In this document: positions 24,312-38,085 of the stretch, piece after piece
Numbering within the stretch: position 1 is the stretch's first letter
How the letters are laid out: each line of letters opens with the position of its first letter
Assembly: GCA_002269645.1 (NCBI GenBank)
Contig: NIVC01001445.1
Coordinates: 62,001-126,000 of the forward strand
Source: Macrostomum lignano
Lineage: Eukaryota
DNA length: 64,000 nucleotides
Reading direction: 5' to 3'
The notes under the pieces: model-generated
The model's database searches: none
What the model was told of the DNA's origin: nothing
The model's input: only the letters and a program-made list of their open reading frames with translations
Made by a program: the position numbers and the translations under genes

Positions 24312-25550
24312 CTATGACCGATTCTAATGTGTCACTTTTATGACCGATTCTTATAAGTTATTCTATAACCGGCTCTTATTGGCTTTTTTGACAGATTCCT
24401 ATTTAGTCCCTCTATGACCGATTTTTATTTATTAACTCTGCGACCGATTCTTATTAGTCACTCTATGACCGATTCTTATTTAGTCACTCTATGACTGATT
24501 CTTTTTTAGTCACTCTATGACCGATTCTTATTAAGTCACTCTATGACCGATTCTTATTTAGTCACTCTATGACCGATTCTTATTTAGTCACTCTATGACC
24601 GATTCTTATTTAGTCACTCTATGACTGATTCTTATTTAGTCACTCTATGACCGATTCTTATTAAGTCACTCTATGACCGATTCTTATTTAGTCACTCTAT
24701 GACCGATTCTTATTTAGTCACTCTATGACTGATTCCTATTTAGTCACTCTACGACTGATTCTTATATAGTCACTCTATGACCGATTCTTATTTGGTCCCT
24801 CTATGACCGATTCTTATTAAGTCACTCTATGACCGATTCTTATTAAGTCACTCTATGACCGATTCTTATTTAGTCATTCTATGACTGATTCCTATATAGT
24901 CACTCTATGACCGATTCTTATTTAGTCACTCTATGACCGATTTTTAAAAAAATTTTTATGACCGATTTTTATTTATTCACCCTATGACCGAGTCTTAGTA
25001 GTCATTCTATGACCGATTCTAATGTGTCAATCTATGACCGATTCTTATTATTCATTCTATGACCGATTCTTATTATTCATTCTATGACCGATTCTTATTT
25101 AGTCACTCTATGACCCATTCTTATTTAGTCACTCTACGACCGATTTTTATTTGTCATTCTATGACCGATTCTTATTTAGTCACTCTATGACGGATTCCCA
25201 TTTAGTCATTCTTTGACCGATTCTTATTTAGTCACTCTATGACCGATTCCTATTTAGTCACTCTATGACGGATTCCTATTTAGTCATTCTTTGACCGATT
25301 CTTATTTAGTCACTCTATGACCGATTCCTATTTAGTCATTCTATGACCGATTCCTATTTAGTCATTCTTTGACCGATTCTTATTTAGTCACTCTATGACG
25401 GATTCCTATTTAGTCACTCTATGACCGATTCTTATTTAGTCATTCTTTGACCGATTCTTATTTAGTCACTCTATGACGGATTCCTATTTAGTCATTCTAT
25501 GACCAATTCTTATTAGTCATTAAATGACCGACTCTTAGTCACTCCATGAC
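24312..25550. repeat. 25-26-bp minisatellite (CTCTATGACCGATTCTTATTTAGTCA), ~47 units
   Basis: Direct reading. Confidence 0.96.
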
Positions 25551-25934
25551 CCATCGCCACTCAGTTCTATCACTCACATTCGCACTCAGTCGAGTTACAC
25601 TCAGCCCTATCCCCGCAAGCAGAACATCAAGCTGACACAAAGTAATCCATCACGGATGCCAAACAGAGTTTCTCTTCTTGCAACCCCCCACTGCTGCATC
25701 ATCCAGAATGAAATATCAAATTCATTGGGAACAAAGGCAATGCTGGCTGCTCTATGAGAGAACACGGCGGGGGGGGGGAGATGAGGTGGGGCAGCTGAGC
25801 AGAGGCTGGGACAGACAAACAGTTCTCACTATTTGCAGGGGGTCTACAGGTGGAACTGTCGATTAAAGTTCAGTCAAAGTCTTAATTAATCTCGAGTTTA
25901 CTCTGGTATACGCTCGTAATAAGTAATATTATAG

Positions 25935-25940
25935 TTTATT
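25935..25940 (-). promoter_or_regulatory. Candidate polyadenylation signal for the protocadherin
   Basis: TTTATT on + reads AATAAA on -, ~920 nt downstream of the stop. Confidence 0.4.
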
Positions 25941-26859
25941 TGTAGGTCAACATTACATCATACTGTAAGCGCAGTTTGCAGTACAGCTAAAACCGAACAC
26001 ACGAGTGTACAAAGCGAGTTGATAAGCTTATAAATCAGCTCTTTCTCTCTATAAAGCATTCGCTATTTATAGTTCGATGGCACAAAAACACACTGAACAA
26101 ACACAAGAAGAGGAAAGTCGACCCAAGCATCGATTGCGGCAGTTCTGATTCTGATTCATAGCAACAAAAAATAATGGCAAAAATTGGGCCAATCGATTAA
26201 CGCGTGCAGTTGGAATTATCCAGTTTTTGTTACTATGATGACCTGAGGTCTGGCTGGCTTTTGTGAGCAGTTGTGCAGACTAGATTAACTGAATTAGTAC
26301 AGGTTAGTGAAAGCTATTCCCGCTGTTAAGCTAGTGGAGTTGCAGTTGTCGCTAAGCAAAAACCCGGGTCAAAGCCCGGCTGAGAGACCGGGGCTGAGAC
26401 ACTGCTGGATTTGCCGCTCGTCGTTAAGGTGTGCGCTTTAATTAATTTGAGACTCACTCAGTTAGTCACCCCCCACCCCGGTTAGCGCAAGCAAGCTGTG
26501 ATACGACTACAGCATACAGAGCAATGAAGAAACAACTCAAAAAAGCTGAGAGAATCCGTCAGAAGAAATTTTCAAACAAAATCTCAAACAGAGACAAACA
26601 GAGAACGATTGCAACGAGGAAATCAGGCAATAGAAGCAGTTTTATAGTAAAAATAAGAAATTTAAAAAAATTACAAAGCGGGCAGCTGTGGCAACAAAAA
26701 TAGCAGAGAAGCTGCGCCTCATCCTTCTTGGTTTTCGATTGTAACGGAGTAGAAAGTGATAAGAATAGAGGCGTAGAGAGAGAAAATCGATAAAAACTGG
26801 AGGGAGTGGGGTGGGTGGGCCGCTAGGCGGAGTGGGGTGGGCGCAGCGGATCCAGCCAA

Positions 26860-27303
26860 TCAGACGAGGCTGCCGCCGGTGTCCTCCATGATCATGTGCT
26901 GCGGGGGCGGCTTGGACCGCTGGCCGAGGGTTTGATAGGAGAGCGGCTGCTGCTGCTGCTGCTGCGGCTGCAGGATCGGCACCGGCAGAGGCCTCGACTG
27001 CCGCTGCAGAGTCATCGACCGGCTGCCATCGCCGCCGACGAAGGTGCGACCTGGGGCGCCTGGGTGACTTCCGGGGAAGTCCAGGCCAAGTAGGGAGGAA
27101 GTCTGCGGCCCGTGATGCAGCTGGGGATGGTGCTGATGCAGCGTCAGGTGGTGAGGACCACCGGATAGGCCACTGGAACCGCTGGAGTGCGGCGGTCGGT
27201 TGTTGTTGCTGTTCGACACGCTGCCACCCTTGCCGCTGTCCCCGTCCGACTCCGGGACGCTGTCCGACTGCTCGTCCACCAGCTTGGCCGAGGCCGCCTG
27301 GTG
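26860..27303 (-). CDS. Protocadherin terminal exon (cytoplasmic tail HQAASAKLVDEQSDSVPESDGDSGKG...MEDTGGSLV*)
   Basis: Branch-like gctgac plus acceptor ccgcccgcag|CAC; phase 0 fits the exon 31524-31714; DSG acidic motif resembles protocadherin cytoplasmic motifs; GC-rich codons. Confidence 0.72.
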   Translation of the reverse strand, partial: HQAASAKLVDEQSDSVPESDGDSGKGGSVSNSNNNRPPHSSGSSGLSGGPHHLTLHQHHPQLHHGPQTSSLLGLDFPGSHPGAPGRTFVGGDGSRSMTLQRQSRPLPVPILQPQQQQQQPLSYQTLGQRSKPPPQHMIMEDTGGSLV

Positions 27304-27346
27304 CTGCGGGCGGCGAGTGGGGAGTCAGCAAGCTGGATAACCAATT

Positions 27347-28004
<658 letters not shown>

Positions 28005-30029
28005 AGCGCTGATGTAAATGGCAGATAGAACAGTCAATGATAATAATAAAAGAATTGTTTTGCCTCTGTCAAATCCCTGAAGCTGCTGTCTGACAAACCA
28101 ATCAGGCTGACAGTCGTCGGGTAGACAATGAGATGAGATGGCAGGCACGCAAGCCAACAAAACCACACATCCTCACACACATCCTCACACACACAGTCCC
28201 CGTGTTTCCTCGATCTCCCGCCCCGTTAATATTTCTGCCTCACTGAACACACCGCTGCTACACTGCAGGCACAAGCAAAGTTTTGATCCCCATACCCTAC
28301 AAAAAGATGCCACTTGACTTATTCAAGCCATTCTAATCCCATCTCGCGCCGCATCGAGAAACAATGAAAGCAGCAAGCGCTGGTTGATGATCAATCGATT
28401 CTGAAAGAGGACGCCACAGCTTCCAAACTGCGCAGCTTCATCCCGCCGCTACCCTCTCTCGGATCCCGCATCCTTTGGACTGCGCGCGGCAGCTTTGACA
28501 AAGTGGCGGGCGGTCGGTCGGGGCGGAGGGATGCTGGGCGGCGGCTGCGGCCACTCATGCGACAATAAAATGCACAACAATGCCGGCCCGTTCCCCCACT
28601 AAAACCCTGTAGGACATTGCGGATAACACAGCCCGGGGCTTCAACTGAATTTAATCCTCTCCTACCGTTGTCGGGCAGGGCCTTATGGAATGCAATTTTT
28701 ATAATTGGCCTCCTATATTATTGTCTTCCCAGCTACCTGTGAGGTCCTCATTCTGTATTTGCTGCTTCTGCAATAGCAAGCAGTGCAACTTTGCAAAATC
28801 AAAGGGAAACAAAACTGCCGTGACTGCTTCATCAATGGAAGAAGAGGAGAGCGCAGATCGGCTCACGCAGGAAAAATATTTCACTGCATTGTCGCTAACG
28901 GAAACTCAGTTTTGTCTTTCATTTCTAAAAGCAACTGCAGAATTGATTTGAAGCTGAAAGGGACCTGTTCCTCCTAATCAAATGTGGAGACCTGTCTGTT
29001 AGCAGCGGCTCCCCAGACAATGAGTCTGGCCGCAACTGATGAAGCTGCTGCAGCATAGACTGCCTGTGCGGAATTCACTTCCCAGCTCAGCCCAGTATTA
29101 ATGATGCATGCGATGCAGCACTGTCTGACTTTAGGGGGGGGGGGGTTTGGAGGGGAAGTTCTGACTACGTCAATCCTCATCCTGACTCCTCTGTTCTCCA
29201 TCTCACCACTGGGTTCTCGTTGCATTGTCTCTCTCCAGACTCCACTTCCCTCCAGTGTCCTCACTTCCCCTCTGCCAGCTGCACCTATCCTGCATCCCGC
29301 AGGAGCCACAGGCCTCCTGCCTCCCCCATTCTGTCCGACTCACTGCCTGAGCTGGCGTCCCCCCTCCCAGACTCTTTCCTTCATCAAGAGGGACAAGCAA
29401 AACAACCAACTGACTTCCCCTTTCCTCGATTCTTCATCCCGGCAGCTGGGGATGGCCGAAGACTATTATAAAACTGGAACAGCCCCTCCTACCCAGAATG
29501 CTGAGAAATGCTGTTTCTCCCGGCAATTAAAGATTGCAATAATATCTGTCAAAATGAGGCGCATATGATTTCCGCTTTTTTAATACCTTGCCGCATCGAT
29601 CCTCATGCGAGGCCGACCTCGCGCTGAGAGGCGAGTCAAGAGCAGCTGGAGTGGAAAATAAGTTTTGCTTCTGCTGCCAGATAAGCTGCACGCTTTCCCT
29701 GCTCCTAGTAGAAGAAGCCGGAGTTGTTGCAGAAATGCCCACCGTTTTGACACGGAGGAATTACTGTAGGAATTGGACAAAAATTACAACAACTGTCCCG
29801 CACCGTGTCGTTCCGGGTGCTGAAGGGTCCTTGAGGCGAGAGAATTGTGGCGAAATGAATTTCCTGGAAACCCCTGGGATCGCGAAAGCAATAAAAAATT
29901 CGAACTGTTGTTTTTGGGAGAAGGATCGAGGAATGATACAACAAATTGCGGCAAGCGAAAGCGAAGCTTTTCGCACCTTCGAGTCCTTTAAAACTTCAAG
30001 ATAGCGATTCGTCTCTTCGCTGATCTCAA

Positions 30030-30330
30030 TCTTCTCTCACCTCTCCCTCTTCTCTCTCCCCTCTAATCTATATCCTCTCTCCCCTCTCATCTCCCCTCTC
30101 CCCTCTTATCTCCTCTCTCCCCTCTTATCTCCTCTCCCCTCTTATCTATATCCTCTCTCCCCTCTCATCTCCCCTCTCCCCTCTTATCTCCTCTCTCCCT
30201 TTTTATCTCTTCTCTCCCCTTTTATCTCCTCTCTCTACTTTATATCCTCTCTCCTCTCTTATCTATCTCCTCTCTCCACTTTTATCTCTTCTCTCATATC
30301 CCATCTCCTCTTTCCTCTTCCCTCTCTCCT
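30030..30330. repeat. Pyrimidine-rich degenerate tandem repeat
   Basis: Direct reading. Confidence 0.85.
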
Positions 30331-30880
30331 AAATTCCCTCTGCTTTGGCCCGCAGCCATGAGCTGGATTCTTCATCAGACTCTTGAGGTATGAAAGTGAG
30401 CCGATCCGTGGTCTTTGTAAGACGTTGAAATATGGAATCGAACAACCAGGATACCGTTCTGATTCAAGCAATTAAGTAGATTGCCTCTACCGGCTTCAGT
30501 CAATTGTTGGAGCAACTTTTAAGCTGATGCGTCACGACTGGCCCCCGGGGGGACTCGGCAGATGTCGCTCGGGGAGGCGTGGGGGGGGTCGACCTCCCGC
30601 TGCTGGTGGCTCCCCATCTGTGCCCGAGACTTCTTGGCCCAAATAATAGTTTTAGGGAGATGAATGGGTTCGCTGTATTGGATCTAATTAAGAGTTTGGT
30701 GGGAAAGCTCTGTGGCTCGAGTGTGTTTTTAATACGCCCAGCATATCCAATGTCGCCACGTTAATCCTCGGTGGCGCGCTTTGAGTTTGGCTGTCGAAAA
30801 CTTTTAAGAGAAAAACAGCGGGGGTCTCCCAGCTGGAGGTGAGCGCGTGTTTGGGGCTGAGCCAACATTTTAACTTGTGT

Positions 30881-31080
30881 CCCCTCTCTACCGCACTCTC
30901 CCCTCTCTACCGCACTCTCCCCTCTCTACCGCACTCTCCCTCTCTCTACCGCACTCTCCCCTCTCTACCGCACTCTCCCTCTCTCTACCGCACTCTCCCT
31001 CTCTCCACCGCACTCTCCCTCTCTCTACCGCACTCTCCCTCTCTCTACCGCACTCACCCTCTCTCTACCGCACTCTCCAA
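30881..31080. repeat. 19-21-bp minisatellite (CCCCTCTCTACCGCACTCT)
   Basis: Direct reading. Confidence 0.93.
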
Positions 31081-31523
31081 ACCAATTTCCAGGTCTGCAC
31101 ACAGTTCAGCACTAGAGGCGCCTCACTCACTTCAAACCCAGGCCCAAAATCATGAAACGCCCCCAACACTCCTCAGCTGGCGCAACCCACAACTTTCGCA
31201 ATCTGAAGACCAAATAAAATCCGTGTCCGCATTGTCTCGCCTGACAGACTACAGATTGACCTCGAAAATCCCCCCGCTCACAACTGTGTTGAGGATCTGA
31301 ACTAGCAATAATCCCCGTAGAGGATTAGAGAGCTCTATTCCCGAGCTCCTCCTCGCCTGGAGAGTTGAGAACAAATTTGAGTCCAGTGCTGCAACACGCA
31401 AAGCTCAAAGCTTACGCAACAGACGGCAGCGAAAATTGCGTGAGTGCCGACGGGAAATAAATAAATAAATCAGCGCAGATTTGATAACGACACCCGCCAG
31501 CAGCCACCGACTGCTCAACTCAC

Positions 31524-31714
31524 CGGCTGCAGGAAGGTGTCCAACTTCTGCTGCCCGAATCTTGAATCGTAATCCCGGTCCACCAACGGCAGGCTGTAGT
31601 TGCCGCCGCCGCCGCCGCCGCTGCCGCTGCCGGTCTTCACCATGCCGGAAGATTCCAGCGGCACCGCCGCCGACTTTCGACCGCTACCAGATCGGGGCGA
31701 GGACTGGACGAGCT
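31524..31714 (-). CDS. Protocadherin internal exon (ELVQSSPRSGSGRKSAAVPLESSGMVKTGSGSGGGGGGNYSLPLVDRDYDSRFGQQKLDTFLQP)
   Basis: Acceptor cccccctctcgaccag|AG and donor CCG|gtgagt. At 191 nt it enters in phase 1 and leaves in phase 0, exactly bridging exon 1 and the terminal exon with no stops. Confidence 0.75.
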
Positions 31715-31800
31715 CTGGTCGAGAGGGGGGAATTGCGATTCAGTTATTTATTTAGCTGATTCGAAACTTGCAGTTTCAAGGGAAAGAGGGAATTGCATCT

Positions 31801-32152
31801 GAAGCCTTGGTGTATGGGAGGGAATTCCTCATGAAGCCTTGGTGTATGGGAGGGAATTCCTCATGAAGCCTTGGTGTCTGAGAGGGAATTCCTCATGAAG
31901 CCTTGGTGTCTGAGAGTGAATTCCTCATGAAGCCTTGGTGTCTGAGAGGGAATTCCTCATGAAGCCTTGGTGTCTGAGAGGGAATTCCTCATGAAGCCTT
32001 GGTGTCTGAGAGGGAATTCCCCATAAAGTTTTGGTGTCTGAGAGGGAATTCCTCATGAAGCCTTGGTGTCTGAGAGGGAATTTCCCCTGAAGCCTTGGTG
32101 TCTGAGAGGGAATTCCCCATAAAGTTTTGGTGTCTGAGAGGGAATTCTCCAT
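31801..32152. repeat. 32-bp minisatellite (GAAGCCTTGGTGTCTGAGAGGGAATTCCTCAT), ~11 units
   Basis: Direct reading; contains the palindrome GGAATTCC. Confidence 0.96.
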
Positions 32153-33181
32153 GACTCGTATCGTCTGAAATGGAGTTAATTCCCATGAGCAAGTTGGCTT
32201 AAGCTTAGGATTCTACGGAACTTCTTGCTGACCTGATCCGTGGTTTCTGAGGCTCAAGCCTTGGCTTTCAAAACATTTGCCCAGGTGCCTTTGGCTTTTT
32301 GGTAAGCAAAGGACTTAAGAGTCCTGCTGAGTGTTACAAGGTGTAAGTTGGAAAATCCCGGCTCATTAGCATAATTTCCCACCCTGCCTGCCCCCGGGGA
32401 CCTCATTAACATAATTATCAGTCGGCAGACATCGATCTGCTCTCGATGACTCGAGCTGGAGAGTGGGGGAGGGGAAACTTATCCCATCCAGCTCGCATAT
32501 CGCGGCCGCATCTGCCGCTCGGGGCGAGGCCAAAGTTTCTAAGAAATTGTCGCCCGAAATCCCCTCGGGACCGGCCGCCCCCTCCGGCCGGCTGAAACCC
32601 AATTTTTCCCGACAGGCGGGCAACCTGGAAGCCGGCAATTTTTCAATATCTGCTGCTTAAATCAACTCTTGCTTTCGAGCGGCCAGCCCGACATCCCAGC
32701 CTCTCTCCGTCATCATCGATGACGAGGCTGGTCGAAACGAATTTACGCCAGCCAGAGATACACACCACCCCCCACCCAGCTCCCCATTTTTGCCTTTTTG
32801 CCTCTTAGAAGTCAAAGCAGATCCGCATTGAAATTATTGAGGAAATTTGAGAATCCGAATCGCAAATCCAAAGCCTACCAGAAATCCCAGAATCCCAGGA
32901 TCCCGGCCTTCAAATGCGCAACTTCCACCCAGTTCCCATCCGGATTGCAATTCCAAAATGGGAAAATAATTGTATGCTCAGAGATGAATTCTTCATTCAT
33001 GCTGGGGAAATTTCCAGCCATCTCTTTCCCAGGCGAAAGTGCACCTCAGTTTTGCTACGCTTTGCCTCCCTGAAATCTGATATGAGAATCTTCAGATATG
33101 CCTCTCAGACTTATCCTGTTTCCTGCTGGACTCTTGTGCTTCAAAACACCTGACTTTCCTCCCGTGTGCCTGCCATCTTCA

Positions 33182-33632
33182 GATCTCCCTCTCACCCTGC
33201 TGAATCTCCCTCTCACCCTCCTGAATCTCCCTCTCACCCTGCTGAATCTCCCTCTCACCCTCCTGAATCTCCCTCTCACCCTGCTGAATCTCCCTCTCAC
33301 CCTCCTGAATCTCCCTCTCACCCTCCTGAATCTCCCTCTCACCCTCCTGAATCTCCCTCTCACCCTCCTGAATCTCCCTCTCATTCTCCTGAATCTCTCT
33401 CTCACCCTCCTGAATCTCCCTCTCATTCTCCTGAATCTCCCTCTCACCCTGCTGAATCTCCCTCTCACCCTCCTGAATCTCCCTCTCACCCTGCTGAATC
33501 TCCCTCTCACCCTCCTGAATCTCCCTCTCATCCTCCTGAATATCCCTTTCATCCTACTAAATCTCCCTCTCATCCTACTGAATCTCCCTCTCACCCTCCT
33601 GAATCTCAATCTCACCCTCCTGAATCTCCCTC
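33182..33632. repeat. 21-bp minisatellite (CTGAATCTCCCTCTCACCCTC), ~21 units
   Basis: Direct reading. Confidence 0.96.
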
Positions 33633-35707
33633 TCCTTTATCCCCATTCCCCCGGTCTCGCCCAGATGTCACCATGCAGCTACTCAACTTTCATCTCCCTT
33701 TTCAACTTCCCCCATTCTCACCTCAGCTGACTCTTGTGAGCTCCTGCTCATTGCCCTCGCTTGCGCCTCCAACTCCACTTCCTAGCCCCCCTCTCTCTCT
33801 CAGTCATCAAACAGCATTGAAAATTGCCTAATTGCAACTGTAGGAAGCGCTGACCCACATCACAGCCTGAGTATTTCCTAGTGAAACAGTTTATAAACGC
33901 GAGTCATAATGCTCAGCAATATTGGCCATTAATAAACTGAGTGCGTGAGCTCTAAGCTGTTAAGATTTAGTTCTGCAACACAATAAAGTAATCCTGAGTA
34001 AAAAACCTGTGACGACCAAACTGAGATTGGGACACGTACACCTCACGGATGCACTACCTGGTAATTAATATTAATTAGTAGCAGATTGATGGACAATATC
34101 AGGTCCTTAAAATCTGGCAATGGTCAGAAAGTGCTTTGCTCTACCTGTGCCCTACTATGATTACCTGGGCTGTCCTTCTCTCCATCTCTCTCACACGCAG
34201 AGAGCCAAGTGGTTCGATTTTTCTTTGCTTCTAAAATTTGTGCGTTTTTTGCTGCGTTTTTTTTCTTCCCGGACAGGGGAAACAGAGAGGGAGAGAGGAA
34301 GGACGTGGAAGTAGAGAACCCCGTCTGCCTCGCTTTTGAAAAAAGAAGAGGAGAGGCTGGGGAGCAAAGTGGCTGGGAGACAGCCCGGTTGTGGAAGTGT
34401 TTGGGGATTATATCCCCGTCAGGAAGGGACTTCGCTCCCCCCAGCGCGGGGGAGTCTGGAACGCGAACTCTCAGAGCCGATCAATGCCGCTCTTCCAGGA
34501 GAGCAGAAAAAATCGATATTAATCAGGTCGGTGGGTGCTGGAAAAGCGCAGCAGCTCGACGGCTCAAAGCTGCCGGGCAATTCGCTCTCGGGCGCCTCTT
34601 CGTGTTAAAAAAAAACTTGAGAATCGCGAGAGACCGGCTCAGATCTCAAATTGCCGACTTCAGCGGCAGTATTATATTTTCTAAGTTTGCGGGGCCCCTC
34701 AGCCATGCAGCCCAGGTGTTTGAGGCCCCACGCCAGCAGGCAGGGCAGCTCAGATTCAGGCGTGGCTGCCCGTGACTCAGGAGGGGAGAAAGTTTTAGCG
34801 AACAAAAAATCCCGAGGTGCCAAAAACTCCCGGGAATTATTTGAAAGACGAGACTGCAGATTTGCAGAAAGCTCCCGTGTTTGCGGATCCCGAATTCAAC
34901 ACCTGAGCTCTGCTCAAAATGTCACTGGACCCGCGGCCAGGTCCGGGGGCGCCTCTGCAGCCACCACCAGACCCTGCGCGGCAGCTCACGGTGGGGGGGG
35001 GGTTGAGGAAAAACGCGATGGAGTTGAAAAATTTTGCCTCTCCCAGTGGGAGTCTGCGGGATGGGGCAGAAAGCTGATGACGCTGGGAGGAGGCTATACG
35101 TGGCGCGCAAAACCTGCTTTTGTTTCTTGCTCACTTCATTATTTTCTGTGGGGACAAAAATCCTTTGGCGCGTTTCTGAGGACGGTTTTGAATGACCTCC
35201 TCCTCAGAGACAAATTCTAAGTGAAAATTTGCCTCACTTGCAGTTTCCCTCTTCTTCTTCATCCGAGAGATCTCAAAAAAGTCTTCTTCTAGATGGTGGG
35301 GTGTTAAGAATTCATTATGCAGATCCCGTCACCTCCCTCTGCCTGCCCTCTCGCTCTCGCTCCCTCAAAGCTGCTTTGTTCCTCGCAGTGGCCGGCAATT
35401 GTCAAGAATTTTTTGTCTTCAGTTTTTTGCTCCCACACTCTTGTGAAGGGGAAATCACGAGTTTTACACAGCTCAGTTGGGGCGCTTGACAGATCGAGGG
35501 GAGAGTTGAGCTGGAGGGCGAGCGGCTCGCGAGTCCACTGCTCCGCTGTTCGCCCACCTTTCTCTCTCCTTTTATTTTTTGGCAATCATTGCGTGCCAAT
35601 CCGCGACTGCTCAAAACTGAGTGGCATTTTTCTCACGTATTTTCATTCTGTATGAAGGCCTCCGCTGCTGCCGCTGTGACCGATGAGTCGGGATTGACGC
35701 CCCAACT

Positions 35708-35955
<248 letters not shown>

Positions 35956-38085
35956 TCTTTACCTATATTTCATCTCTCTACCTCTATCTCTCATCTCTCT
36001 ACCTCTCTCATCTTTCTACTTCTCTCTTTCATCTCTACTTCTCTCTCGTCTTTCTACCTCAACCTCAACCTCTCATGTCTCCACCCCTATCTCATCTATT
36101 CATCTCTCTCCACTCTCCCCAACCCATTCCTAGATTTCGTTCCCCTAAAATATCCTCGTTATTTTGCAAATCAATTCACGCACTGCCACTCCCAACTCCC
36201 AATATTGCGCGCCTTTGAGTTCGAAATGGTTAATTCTGCGCTGTCTCGGCCAAAGCAGTTGTCAAAAGGGGAGCGGGACAAATTCCTCTTTGAACTTGTC
36301 TGACTGTAATAACCAATTCCCATCTGAGGACTAAAATGCGCTGCTCATCGGGAGAGAGTTTTGCCTCAGCTCAGCCCTATAGGATTTTCACACGCTCAGG
36401 AAAAGAAAAGGCAAATATTTGAGCAGCTCACAGAATCCTGATGAAGCTCTTCAACGGAAATCTTTTAGAAATTCGACCCGTTAAAGATGACTATGAGGAA
36501 TTTTCTCTTTCTGCAGACGATGTCGGCTGTTGCTGAGTTTTTTATCTCCCTGTTTGCAGGCGGCGGGGGGACAAGTGCGAACTCGCTCACCGGAGCTGGC
36601 ACGGCTGGGAGAAATTTCCCATTTTGGGAAGCGGCTTCGGGAATTTGATAAAATGCTAATGACGAATGCGGAGCGGCAACTCTCGGACCTGATTTGGCCA
36701 GCGGGCCGAGCTGATGAAGCTCGGAAGCTGAGGTTTGGAGCTTCGGCTCGGTCTGAGCTGAGAGAAAGTGCGGGCTGTGCTTGATGGGATTTTACTCCCC
36801 ATCCATCGTGCTCCGTCCCCACCTTGCCAGCGAGTCCCATGGTAACCAGCCGATTAAAACTTGGGAAGGAACTTTTGGCCAAGTGAGGCGAGTCCCACTC
36901 GAACTTGCAGCTGAAGGCTTGCAGGCTAGAAGTTTTACTCTTTAAGCCAGCCACTATTTGGGATCTCTAAAATTCCCCATTTGATCCCATTTGTTAGCTC
37001 AGTCAGTCAGTCAGAAGAACTGGCAGTTCTCAACGGCTGCGCCCCAGTCCGGTGACAGCCCTGTCAACAGTGAGCAATACGCGCATCAATCTATCAAACT
37101 CGCCTGCTCCCCGGCCTCCATCTGTCAGATTCCTTGGTCTGGGGGGGCGGCTAACATTAGCTTTGGCCAAGGCCCATTACCCTTAGAGAAACAGCTATTG
37201 GTGCTAAGAGCGCCCCGGGGGGCCTCAGAGGGGTATCGCTGTTCAAACACGTCAGGCCCTGTGGCTGACGCATGCGGCCTTGCCCAGGCCGCTCTCCTTG
37301 TGCTCCACAGTGCTCAAAGTAGGAAGGTGGACGAGATCTTTAGAGGGCCTCAGCTCAGCAAGGGGGAGGGTTGAAGAAGTGGTTGTATTGGCTGGGTGCC
37401 AGCAGGTGGTTTCGCATGTACACCTGAGCCTTACCTGGGCTGCCTGTCCGCAGCTCTACAAATTCGGTCCTCCCCCCCTGCCCCAGGTTTTCTAAGAAAG
37501 CCGCGGAGCCGCTACTTGGCGATAAGCCGCTGAAGGAGACGCTGGGGGGGGGTTTAAAGAATTTTTTTAGCCTCAGAACTTTTCTCTCATCTCTCCTCTC
37601 TCTCCACACCCCCGGGCGTCATCGCTCAAAAAAGGGAAGCACCGGCTGGTCCTTCTAAATGAGTTATGGGGAGTTTCTTATTTTTTTGAGAGAAAAATCC
37701 CAAGAGACATTGTGCGGCCCCAGCTTGGCTGGACTTTTTTGCTTCTCGAAATAAGAAAAAAAAGAAGACGCGAACGAAAATTAGGCTGAGCAAAGTTTGA
37801 AATCGCGTGAAGAAGAGATTTGTGTGTCTCCTCTGCTCAGGTAAAGCTTCCGCAGACATGCTGGGCTGGGGAGGCAGGGGAGAGAAAGACAGAAGAGGGG
37901 CTTGAGACACCGGGCACGGGTCAGTCCCGGAAGCCTGCGGGATCGATACACGCCAGGTAGACCCAGTGTCGCCCTCCTCCCATTGTGCCGGCCCAGATCC
38001 CGTGGAGGAAAAATCTCCCAATTAGAGCAAAACTGTGGGAAAAAAGCTACAACTGGGTGAATAGCAAGGAGGCTGGGCGGCTCAC

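Noticed and set aside
36530-36784. Plus-strand exon-like ORF with a good acceptor (ctgtttgcag|G) inside protocadherin intron 1
   Set aside because: No partner exons or recognisable protein; cannot be supported as a nested gene without transcript data.
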